A DNA stretch of 60,180 bases, the filler included, from Squatina squatina (Eukaryota), in NCBI GenBank assembly GCA_031763465.1. It is 4 parts of 3 records of this genome, joined end to end, with 100 filler letters (N's around TTAATTAATTAA, not from the genome) between each part and the next. Parts side by side here need not be neighbours in the genome. Positions count along the whole stretch, not along the records: positions 30,210 to 46,023 come from JARFOE010000234.1; positions 46,124 to 60,180 come from JARFOE010000203.1; 2 more parts are not named here. One strand, given 5' to 3'. Position 1 is the stretch's first letter, and every line of letters begins with the position of its first letter. Both the position numbers and the translations under genes were made by a program. Under the pieces are notes generated by a model, which made no database searches, was not told the DNA's origin, and worked only from the letters and a program-made list of their open reading frames with translations. Shown piece by piece: positions 36,639-48,290 of the stretch.

Positions 36639-39600
36639 CATGTAAGGCATGGCCCAGGCAAACCAAGATTTGGAACTCACCCGTTTGAAAGTTATTTTGT
36701 TCTTTCAGGCAGGTTTTGGGGTTCAAGGATGGCCTGTTTTGTTTACAAATCGTTCTGCAGGAGACAGTCAATAGCATTTCCATTTGTAAATTAAAATGGG
36801 GTTTCAAACTTGACTACAAAATAAAATCATATTTGTTCCAATATTTGAAATGTTCCACCAATAATCCTTACTAAAGGTAATATTTGTAACAAGAGCCTAA
36901 CCATAAAAGAATAAAACACAAGAGGTATCTCTTTATTTGGAGAAGAAAAGGGTAATTGATTATATATAAAGGTGCTTTGGTGTGATAATTAATTCATTTG
37001 TTCCTGCTATTGTTTTGCAGTCTGGCCATTTCTGGTTTGCTCTTGTTTTTTAGAAGACGAGCGGGATGACGTGGTTAAGACTGATTCTGAGAAGCTGTTA
37101 CTGGATGCCATGTCATCTAGGAGTGAGCTGATTGCACAGGAGCCACTGGTGGGTACCCTGACTGTGCAAAGAATGCATTGTGTTAACCCCTGCTCAGAAA
37201 TGAAGTGGGCTAAATGTTACGGGATTTATTGTGAGGAACTTTGGAGCTGACATTCTCTGTATTTTTAAACAATCCTGTTCAAGGACCCAGGTACTAAAAT
37301 TGGACAGAAACTAAAATATTTCTGTAAATTTTCACTGCACAACAAAACCGATTACTCAAATAGCAGGCAGGCAGAAACCTGGCCATGGTTCTAGAAAAGT
37401 ACTGGGGCCACCTCGTAGACTATTCCATGTTTTATTACGTTAAAGGCGCTATATAAATGCAAGTTTTTATAGCATATCCAGCACTAATGATCTTTTGTGG
37501 GGTTCAGGAACCTGAACCATGTGCGGCCAGTAACTCCCCGTGGGGGGGAAAAAAAGACGTGTTGTTTGNNNNNNNNNNNNNNNNNNNNNNNNNNNNNNNN
37601 NNNNNNNNNNNNNNNNNNNNNNNNNNNNNNNNNNNNNNNNNNNNNNNNNNNNNNNNNNNNNNNNNNNNACCGAGTTCAACTATTTTTCTAAAAAAAATAT
37701 TCAACTCACCTCCAAACCTACACGGCGAAGGACCAAAATACAAGTATAAATTGTACAGCACAGTACCTGATGATTACATTACAGAAAAGAGTCTGTACTG
37801 TAAAGCTTTCCATTTTACAAAATGATCTCCACAGTGTGTACAGTCTTCAGACTCAAGGTGCAACATATATACAATTCAGTAAATGACCTGATGATTTGTC
37901 TTTTTTGTACGGCCCATTTACCTGTCACAGCCAGATTGTGGTTAGCTCCACACGCTATTTTGCAGACACTCTCAAGTTCTTCAATCAACCTCGGAACAAA
38001 GGTCTCTTCTCTGCTGCCTATCCCAATCTGACCACAGTTATTGGCTCTGAGAATTAAAATAATAAAAAAAGAGAAACAGGAATGCTGTTACCATCTCAGC
38101 ACAATTTCCAATCAAGAAAAGTGCTATCCTATGTGCTTTTGTACAATTTTACATATTTTGGAGGATAAGGGAGAGTGTTTCATTGTAACTGGCACTGTTG
38201 AAACTCACAGCAGGAGGGTTGGAATTACTGAGATAAAAGGAAGACTGAAAAATGAAAAAGGTAAATCAGTTTCTAGACTACAATCAAAAATGAGTGGCAT
38301 TTAAATAAATATATTTAGTGGTTAAAAGGTTATAATCAGATGATCAGATAATTACAATGTAGGCTGCCATATGCTAAATAAATAACCTAGTCTTTCTTAT
38401 CAGGGGGATTCCTTTTTATAAAGTTGTTTGAAATACACACACATTTATGATACATGAAAGTACATAGTTTGCTGAAAAATATAATGAGGAAAGATTAGAT
38501 TTAAAACTCCAAAATGTGGCACTGGGCATATTATTTACAAGCCCAGCCAAGTCTTATTATGCCTTTTGTTTACACCTCATGTTTTAGGCATGTCATGTGA
38601 AATACTGAAGAAAATATTTTTCTTTGGTCAACGGGCATGCTGTTGTAGAAGGCTGCTGCGTGAGGCGCTCACATGACAATTGTTGCTTGTGTGTGTTGCT
38701 ATGACAATGGGGAGCAGGGGATTCGTTCAGTTGCGCTGGCTGAGCATGAAGGGTTGAAACACCGCCATTATTGTCTGTCGCAACGTGTTAGNNNNNNNNN
38801 NNNNNNNNNNNNNNNNNNNNNNNNNNNNNNNNNNNNNNNNNNNNNNNNNNNNNNNNNNNNNNNNNNNNNNNNNNNNNNNNNNNNNNNNNNNGGTGACAAT
38901 AAGAAATTAGTCAAAAGTAAAAGCTTGTGCTGCTCTGGAGTAAACACTTAATAAAATGTCCAGCAATTGTGAACTCTGGCACAAGGAAATTTTGTAATAT
39001 TGTTTCACTGCCTCCAAGTGTATCTCAGTACTTAAGCTTTTTATGTTGACATTCTGTAAATTCATTTGCTACATAAATTATTTATAATTAAGAAAAGTGC
39101 ACTCACTCTCGTTACATCTCTATCCTTAGGAGGTAAGCACTTTACACATGATAATGCGTTCTGTAGTGAGTATCCCATAATATAATATACCATCTAACAC
39201 AAAAAGGTCACGAGCCAAGGTCCAGTAGGTTTATAACAGAAATGGTTTCATAACTGAGAGCCTTATAATGAGGGTGGAGTGTAATAGCACATTTTTTCAT
39301 TCTGGATTTTTTTCCTTAGGGTCATGAAGAGTTCAAGAACTATTGCTGCATTGACAAGAACATTCACAAAAGTGCATTGAGCTATTATTTTCTGGATCAA
39401 GGTAGCTCATGGGTGATCGCTGACTCTTTTGCTCACAGGCTGGTTAAAGCCAGTTTGTTTCAGATTTTATGGACTTTGATAAACTGCACACTTGAATTCT
39501 GCCTATGAGCTGACAAAATGTCAGTTAATATCTATTGAGATATATAGAAAAAAACCATGAACCATATAAGTTGACTTTTATGCATGTTCATGTAAAATCA

Positions 39601-42099
39601 CACATGAAAATTCATAGTTTTCATGAATTATCCATAATCAATTCAGCTGGATTGCCAGTCCCATGAGTCTGTAATAATGAGCAGTCACTGTATTAACATC
39701 AGTCCTTATTAAAGCTTCATTCTCCCACAATTTGCTTATTTTAATCAAGAGCCCTCATTAAAATTGCAGTAAAATTCCATGTAGTTTGAATTGCTGGCTT
39801 AAAATCAAATATAACCTGACGAGCAAATCATGGCAGGTCTGCCTGGCAATTACCAGTAACATGCAAAATTAGGGTGTTTGAGATCATACGACATACTAGT
39901 GGCAAGGNNNNNNNNNNNNNNNNNNNNNNNNNNNNNNNNNNNNNNNNNNNNNNNNNNNNNNNNNNNNNNNNNNNNNNNNNNNNNNNNNNNNNNNNNNNNN
40001 NNNNNNNTAACAACTGGAATTACCTGAGGAGTTTTCACAATTGGCCTACAATTTTTACCCCACAATATGTTGGTAAGGCTAATAAGATATATGGAGAAAA
40101 ATCACGGAATTGGGAATAAAAAGATGGAACTGGCATCACTAACAAAATATCGAAGTACGATTGATGAGACAAATTGCATACTCCTGTTTTATGTTCCTAC
40201 TTTAATACCCATTGATTGGTGTCTGCTCTATAGTTCAATAAGCAATATCAACAAGTACCTAGGAATGGATTCTGATTGTTTGTATCCTTGAAAAATAGGT
40301 GGATGGTCAAATACACAGTAGCTATATAATATCGCCAGACCTTGAGGAAACAATAAAATTTGGAAAGAGATCCCAATGTACAGCAGCATAAACTTACACA
40401 AGCAAGGATACAAAGAGGAAGAACCTTCAGGGAAGATTTCTTCTGTGCAATTGGTGTAGTAAAATCATTAATGTTCTTCTTAGCCGTGTTTACGATTTTG
40501 CTGCACCTATCCCATGCAAGGTTACTTTTGGCCAGGGGGATGTAGTAGACATCAGACTTTGTTTGGGATTTCACTGGGGAAGTCATGTTTAGATCAAATC
40601 TTTTATCTGAGACAGCAGACAGAGAAATGCCTAGAGGGTATTAGATATCATTAGTATCGTGTTCTGCTGACCGTAAGGCTGCATCTGATGTTGTTCTGAG
40701 ATCATCCCTGTAAATGCCACTGGAGTGGTTTGGGTTACCACAGACAACCATAAATATTATGAAGAAAATAGGCGCTGAGTCTGTTGTCTGACAGCATCAC
40801 AGGTAGAAGAAGATTAGTTTTGCACAGTAACTGTATGGATGCATCTGGTCACCAGTACAATTCAACATTCTCAATCACCTTATCTTGTAACAAACTCTAA
40901 ACAGAAAAAGAATTATTACAAAGATAAGCAGCAACATTTGACTAGAATAAGGTCTTTGAGAGGAAGAGAGAGTCAAAAACAAAGTTGANNNNNNNNNNNN
41001 NNNNNNNNNNNNNNNNNNNNNNNNNNNNNNNNNNNNNNNNNNNNNNNNNNNNNNNNNNNNNNNNNNNNNNNNNNNNNNNNNNNNNNNNGTGGAATTTATC
41101 TCATTTTTAGCTTTAAGCATGTCCTGAAATTTAATTTCCCCTGTCCTATAACTCATGTGCACAAGGGGTGATTTCTTATGTGCACTTATTTTCAGCGTAC
41201 GTTGTTTAGGTTAGTTTTACAGGCTTTTATATAAAGAAATTATGGTCATAATGTGGAATAAAAGCTCCAGAGTGTCCTCAAGGTCTGGTGCATTAAAATA
41301 TATGTCTCATCATAAAGACAGATTTACATTTACATGCATTCTGGGAAGTAGTGGCACGTGACCTGCCTTCAGTTCAATTTAGTTGAGATTCTCAATGGGG
41401 TTAGATACAAATAAACCAAAACCAAAGCATAAACTGAACCATCGAATCACCATTTTCACTTATACAAATCAATGGAATATGTTGAAATTTGTCATATAGT
41501 TTGCCATAATAAACTACTGTACTACTGCTTGCCATAACTGTGACATATGCTCCTTTTTAACTGCCCCACTCTCAGTTGATAGATGGATGCTAGTTCATTT
41601 TGTCTCTGTCATCTTTGCTGTTTTATTTGTCCCTGGAGTGCCAAGATCAAGACTATATTTGCCATGAATGATTTTAAGAGGAAAACCAAAATACTTGCAG
41701 CCCCCCATTAGCATTATTGTGTTAATGTTTGTGACGAGTGTCCTCCTATGAGATATGAAAACTCAATCTCCCAACTCATGGTTCAAAACAAAATCATATT
41801 CAACTTGTATCATATCTGTATTGAGAGAAGTTGAAGTTCTTGAACAGCAGCTCCTCAAACCTTGTTCTATGTCTATCAATAACATGACACAATGCTGCTT
41901 ACTGTACTGGACTTTCAGGTAACATCCAAATGGCAGGTTAATCCAAGTGACTCTTAAAGTAGCAAGTGACTGTCAGTTTAATGAGAATGGACACAAACAN
42001 NNNNNNNNNNNNNNNNNNNNNNNNNNNNNNNNNNNNNNNNNNNNNNNNNNNNNNNNNNNNNNNNNNNNNNNNNNNNNNNNNNNNNNNNNNNNNNNNNNN

Positions 42100-42230
42100 G
42101 TGTTAATCTCCTCTTTAACCAGCAACGCTACCCCACCACCTTTTCCTTTTTGCCTGTCCTTCCTGAATATTGAATAACCCTGGATGTTGAGTTCCCAGAC
42201 TTGGTCTCTGTAATCCCAATTACATCGTAA
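42100..42230 (-). mobile_element. CR1 endonuclease fragment
   Basis: Reverse strand reads WELNIQGYSIFRKDRQKGKGGGVALLVKEEIN. Confidence 0.8.
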
Positions 42231-43696
42231 TTTCCCGGGAGTCAGTAGCGCCCCCTCAACCCGGGCAAAAATTACTTAATGCCCCGTTAGTGCCCCACAG
42301 AGGTGCTAACGGGGCTATACACAGGGGCAATTTCAGCCCCAACACCTTTCCGATTAAACATGTCCAGATGGTAACGAGAAAATACCCAACCGAATACTTC
42401 TTTTTCAAGTAAACAGGATATATCATCACTGGCCAACTGGCTAAACTGATTAAACTTCCCAATTGAAACTTTAAAAGAGTTAAAGCTGCCAACTCATTGT
42501 TCGTTAGACTGAAAGAAATCATTAACTTTTTTGTACTGGCAATGTAGAGAATGGTTAGGAACTTTGATTTTTTTTTAGAATCAAAACACCAACATATATA
42601 GCTAACAGGAATAATAGTTAATTTTAAATTGCTGATCTTGCCACACATGACTCAAAACTCCATTCGTTTGCTTCAAATCTGCCCTTTAGGCCATGCACAT
42701 AATTTGATGTATTTTGCAAAGAATAACATTCCAATTGAAAAACCACCTGAATCCATTAGCACCTGATTGCACCAACCAGTTTTGTGATTAAGATTTCTAA
42801 AGATCAACAATGCATTCACAGTAACCAATTAGGCAATAATAGACCCTAGTTCTGCTGTGGATTCAAGAATTTATGGTTTCTGCTCTTATAACATCAGAAA
42901 ATATGTTCAAGGGTCAAATTATATAGGCTTTAATCTTTCAAATAATCAGCTACTGAAATAGTCTGCATATAATGTAGCCAAGAGGCTCCATTTAAAATGA
43001 GGTAGTTTGATAGGAAGGAAGTCCCTCTTAATGGTCATGGATTTAGTTCCAACCACAGCTACATGCAAGTTTTCTTTTCTAGTTTTTTTCTCCTGTTCCT
43101 TTTTCTTTCTCCCATAAAAACATTCTTTCAGACACTTCGTGCCCAAACCACAAATTTCAAAATGTTATTTCAAGCAACATGGAAGCAATTTTGTATTTAT
43201 CTTATCCATTACCATTACTATTAGTCACTAGGTATATGGTTTCAAGTATAGAAATTANNNNNNNNNNNNNNNNNNNNNNNNNNNNNNNNNNNNNNNNNNN
43301 NNNNNNNNNNNNNNNNNNNNNNNNNNNNNNNNNNNNNNNNNNNNNNNNNNNNNNNNNATCTCTTTCTTTGTCACACGCTTCCTTACCTACATTGCTGAAA
43401 ATTGCAGGCTGTAGGGAAAACTTTCTTTTGCAGTTGTGGGTCAGTCCCAGTCAGTTTCTCTACTCAATGGCTCTTTAATTTTAATCACCAGCCTGCATTA
43501 AAGTGCCGCTTTTCTGCCATTTATTTTCAACCTGTCAAGTGTCCAAATGCTAATATCACAAACAGCAATTCTTGCGAGACAGATGTGCGTTCAGTGGTGC
43601 TTAAATGGTCAATATTAAGAGACCAGTGTTAGCAAGAGTTAAGATAGAGTCAGTAATCTGTAAATCATCCAGTTGCTAGGCAACTTCAGGTACCAA

Positions 43697-44416
43697 TATG
43701 AAGAACAAAGCTTTGTCAGAACAAGTGTCCAGGAGATCCAGCTTCAAACAGTTAAAATAAACTTTGCTGTTGTGAGATAGGAATCAGATTCATTTAGAGT
43801 GTCACAGCCATTGATTTTCAATAACTGCCAAAAAAACAAGGATGTAATTCCTTTGGATTGGCAAGTTAATGAGGACCCAGACAGATAAAGGCAGCACAAG
43901 TCCAACATGATGCAGATGAAGTGCTTTACCAATGGATCCAGATGGGCAGTGAAGGAAATGCAGCAATCACAGGAATGACACTTACAGCCAAGGAAAAAAA
44001 ATCCGTTGCCAATTCCTTGGGACATTTAGAATTTCAGCCAAATAGTTGGATTTTAATCTGCACAGCACAACATTGTTTTTGATGCAGGCCACCCTGAGGC
44101 AATTGCCTGCACAAATGCCAGATCTGTTGAAGGATTACAGCCCTCAGAACATTATCATCTGTGATGAGATGGGGCTTATTATGGAGGAGCTGCTGATAGT
44201 GGCTCAGTGCTCAAGAAGGAATCTTTAGCAGACAGGAATGATAGCCTGTCAGCCATGTTATGTGCTAACATTAATGGGACAGAAAAATGTGAACTTTTAG
44301 GAGTAAAACATCCTGTTTGCAATAATATTACCAACTGTTTATCACCAATAATGCTACAATGCATTTGGACTACATTTTCCACAGGATTAAATTCAACAGT
44401 AATCGAGTATTATTAA
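43697..44416 (+). pseudogene. Decayed Tigger/pogo (TIGD3/4/6-like) transposase
   Basis: Ordered remnants: FRVSQPLI..KNKDVI..WQVNEDPDR (psq-HTH), DADEVLYQWIQ...ITGMTL..K..ANSLGHLEFQPNSW (CENP-B HTH), PDLLKDYSPQNIIICDEMGL and LSAMLCANINGTEK (DDE_1). Stops and frameshifts present. Confidence 0.8.
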
Positions 44417-44627
44417 CTGATTGAAAGCAAAATAAGACCTATGTTAGGGAAATGTGCTGTCAGCCAATCTTCAAATATTCATATTTTTGGAGTAATAAAC
44501 ATGGTGTAATTATACTGAAAGTGTAGTNNNNNNNNNNNNNNNNNNNNNNNNNNNNNNNNNNNNNNNNNNNNNNNNNNNNNNNNNNNNNNNNNNNNNNNNN
44601 NNNNNNNNNNNNNNNNNNNNNNNNNNN

Positions 44628-44760
44628 GGAATATTTAACATCCAAGCATGCCCAGCTTGTAGCCAGGTCTCTGTAATGACTACTGCGTCATACCCTGGTG
44701 CATCATGTTCAAGCATCTGTACACGAGCAATTGCTGCCTGATTTTCTAGCCCCAATCATC
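44628..44760 (-). mobile_element. LINE APE endonuclease fragment
   Basis: YDAVVITETWLQAGHAWMLNI. Confidence 0.7.
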
Positions 44761-46067
44761 CATTCCACTCCAACACCATCAGCCATTGTGACCAGAAAAT
44801 CAACGCAACTCTTTCTTTAAGGTGCCAAAAGATTGAAATTTCAATTACCTGTAAGGCATTCTAGGCAAACCCATTTATCATTGTGCATTTTACACACTGC
44901 AACTCTCCAACTTTTTGGTATTGACTGATTGTTTGTTTACTTGTCTTGAGGCTGAATTCACACAGTGACATTTTAAGTTCAAAGATTCTACAATTAAGAT
45001 AGATATTTCACTGGCACAGTATACTCCCTAGTAAGAATGGTATTAAGAATGGTAATTCTCTAACAAAAACCTTTTTAGATTGTGAATTTGCAAATAATGT
45101 TAGCAGTCTGTTTTCTAAATATTTGATACCACAGGTAAGCAAATCAAAACTTCATTTTTCCATTATTTTTTCTAATTATTTAAGAGTTCTGAAATTGTAC
45201 AGTGACAGAGATGCTTGTGGTTCAACATATTCTCCCACGGAGTCATAAGATGTGGATTTATTTCTGCAGTTCCCAAATTGTGAATTCCAATTCACATTCG
45301 CCAAGCAGAAGCTTGAATGTTCACTACCCAGGGAGATAGGGAAAGCAGATGAATTAGTGTGGTCCAAAAGTAGCCGATTCAAGAGCACTATTAGCAGAGG
45401 ACAAGGGATAGATTGACTACCTGCCTTTATGTCTGGGGAATGCTGTATTCTGCAGGGGAATTTTGCCGTTTAAAAAAGTGGGAAGATAATTAAGTTAAAC
45501 TTTAGAGTGAAAAGACTTTCCTTTAAATGAAACTTTATCTGAGGCAAAAAAAAATCACAATTTAATTTTTATTGGATGCTCTGTTACATTTTTAAAAAAA
45601 TGCTGTTTAGATTGTAAAATATTCCATGATATTATGGCTACATTTAATAGTGTGTGGACTCCACAACAATACTTACAGTGTACACCATGGTATTCATGAG
45701 GTAACAAATCCTTCCTGCACCAAAAGGTTTAATGCTGAGTTTAGCAGATTTAGATAGATTGAATTTGTTAATTACTTTTTAATTCTCATTTATTTGTATT
45801 CACACATTCAAGCTAGAATCAAGGAAAATCCTTATTAAATTAGGTGGCCACAAAGTCCCTAAAACACACATTAATTAATTCAACTTTGTAGATATACAAT
45901 GTTAAAAGGCTCATGAAGTTTCCCCCAGTAAGTTATGGACTCTGCCAATTCACAAAGGCAGAAGCTCACATTCAGTGTTCCTAGTGAACAGTCAAAGGGA
46001 AGGCTGAACTTAGCAGCTGCATCNNNNNNNNNNNNNNNNNNNNNNNNNNNNNNNNNNNNNNNNNNNN

Positions 46068-46079
46068 TTAATTAATTAA
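46068..46079. other. Artificial scaffold-joining linker TTAATTAATTAA
   Basis: Identical N44-12mer-N44 structure. Confidence 0.97.
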
Positions 46080-46123
46080 NNNNNNNNNNNNNNNNNNNNN
46101 NNNNNNNNNNNNNNNNNNNNNNN

Positions 46124-46751
46124 ACACGCCTTAAGAGCTATGTGGCAGAAAGGATTTCCAAAAGGCGTTTGACAAAGTGCCACATAATAAGCTTGCCAGC
46201 AGAGTGGAAGCCCATTGAATAAAAGGGACAGTGGCAGCATGGATGAGAAATTGGCTCAGTGAAAGGAAACAGAGAGTAGTGGTGAGTGTTTTTCGGACTG
46301 GAGGAAGGTCTGCAGTGGCGTTCCCCAGGAGTCGGTACGAGGACCGCTGCTTTTCTTGAGATACATTAATGACTTGGACGTGGGTGTGCGGGGCACAATT
46401 TCAAAACCTGCAGATGACACAAAACTTGGAAGTGTAATGAGCAGTGAGGAGGAGCGCGATAGACTTAAGGAGGACAGAGACAGGCTGGTGAAACGGGCGG
46501 ACACGTGGCGGATGAAATTTAACGCAGTGATACATTTTGGTGGAAAGAACGAGGAGAGGGAATGTAAACTTAAAGGGTCCAATCCTGCAGTGGGTGCACG
46601 GACAGAGAGACCTGGGGGTTTATGTGCACAAATCGTTGAAGGTGCAGGGCAGGTTGAGAAAGCGGTTAAAAAGCTCACAGGATCCTGGGCTCCCGAAATA
46701 GAAGCAGAGAGCAAGAAAGTTACGATGAACCTTTTATAAAACACCGGTTCG
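46124..46751 (+). mobile_element. CR1 LINE RT fragment
   Basis: SGVPQESVRGP..YINDLDVGVRGTISKPADDTKLG...WRMKFN. Confidence 0.9.
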
Positions 46752-47267
46752 NNNNNNNNNNNNNNNNNNNNNNNNNNNNNNNNNNNNNNNNNNNNNNNNN
46801 NNNNNNNNNNNNNNNNNNNNNNNNNNNNNNNNNNNNNNNNNNNNNNNNNNNCAGTATGAGTGGCAGACAGTCGATAAGCTTTCATGCCAGTTGCTTTATT
46901 TTGGCATCTGGCAACAGCTTTGAGTAGGTGCAGTCTCAGAAGGAATAGTGGAGGGTGTACGGCCTCTAATGCGATGCGACTTGTTGGAAATGCACCGCAG
47001 GACAGTACGAGAGCTGGTTAACTGTAGGACACAGAGGAAGATGCTGTTGGATTATAATAGGATCAGCTGTTTAGTTTTAACTGTGTGCTGTCTGTTTTTC
47101 CCCTCTGACTGTTCATTACGCTCTGGTGCAGCGGTCATGTAAACATCTTTAACTGAAAGCTTTGTGATAAATACGGCTTTCAGTTGGATGTTTATGTTAC
47201 CTTGTCACTAAAAGTCTCTGAACATCCTTGTTTCAAGTCACCTGAGCCGGAATGGATTTCTTGCTAT

Positions 47268-47690
47268 AAAAAAAGAAAATGCTGGAAATAATCAGCAGGT
47301 CAGGCAGCATCTGTGGAGAGCGAGAAAAGCAGAGGTCAGTAGCCTTTCCGCAGAACAGGAAAAAGTTAGAGATGTAATCTTCAGCAAGTACAACAAATAC
47401 GAGAAGGGAAACAGAAAGCAATGAAGATGAACGTGGTAAGAGACAAATGGAAATCCCATCAGAGAGAAGAGCTAAACTTCTTCAAGGTGGGTATTGCTGG
47501 AAGAGAAATGGCAGTGAATTAAATTAATACAAACGTCAAATACTGCAGATGCTGGAAATCTGAAATAAAAACAAAATGCTGGAAATACTCAGCAGCATCT
47601 GTGGCAAGAGAAACAGTTAACGTTTCAGGTCAGTGACCTTTCATCAGAACTTGGAAAAAGTTAGAGATGTAGCAGATTTCTTGCTAAGTT
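47268..47690. mobile_element. Two nearby copies of a Penelope-type pseudo-LTR repeat (others at ~34145-34220, ~48405-48530, ~55144-55203)
   Basis: Recurrent aaatactgcagatgctggaaatctgaaataaaaac...gctggaaatactcagcag...gcagcatctgtgg. Contains a hammerhead core. Confidence 0.65.
47615..47651 (-). ncRNA. Minimal type I hammerhead ribozyme motif
   Basis: Minus strand AGTT-CTGATGA-A-AGGTC-ACT-GACCT-GAAA-CG-TT-AACT. Conserved CUGAUGA/GAAA core, 5-bp helix II, AGUU/AACU helix I, palindromic ACGU helix III. Confidence 0.65.
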
Positions 47691-47894
47691 ACTTTCCTCA
47701 GAATCCTTGACTCCATTATAGTCTGCCTGAAATTAGCTACCTCCTCACAGAAGCNNNNNNNNNNNNNNNNNNNNNNNNNNNNNNNNNNNNNNNNNNNNNN
47801 NNNNNNNNNNNNNNNNNNNNNNNNNNNNNNNNNNNNNNNNNNNNNNNNNNNNNNAACAATGGTACTGAGAGAGAAGTAGATTCGTGAAAAAAAG

Positions 47895-48290
47895 ACTTGC
47901 ATTTGTATAGCGCCTTTCATGACCACCGGACATCTCAACGCTTCACAGCCAATGAAGTACTTTTGGAGTATAGTCCCTGTAGGAAACACGCAGCCAATTT
48001 GCGCACAGCAAGCTCCCACAATAGCAGTGTGATGATGACCAGATAATGTTTGATATTGATTGAGGATAAATATTGGCCGGGACACTGGGGATAACTTCCA
48101 GCTCTCCTTTTGAAATAGTGCCGTGGGAGCTTTTACACCTGAGAGCAGACAGGACCTTGGTTTCATGTCTCATCTGAAAGACAGCACCTCCAACAGTGCA
48201 GCACTCCGTCAGTACTGCACTAGAGTGGGACTTGAACCCACAACCTTCTGACTCCGAGGCGAGAGTGCTACCCACTGAGATACAACTGAC
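47895..48290 (-). mobile_element. tRNA-derived Deu-type SINE
   Basis: Same head, body and tail as 15640-16056. Confidence 0.82.

Noticed and set aside
48220-48290. tRNA-like sequences (also ~15990-16056 and ~54175-54245)
   Set aside because: These are SINE heads continuous with a SINE body, not tRNA genes.
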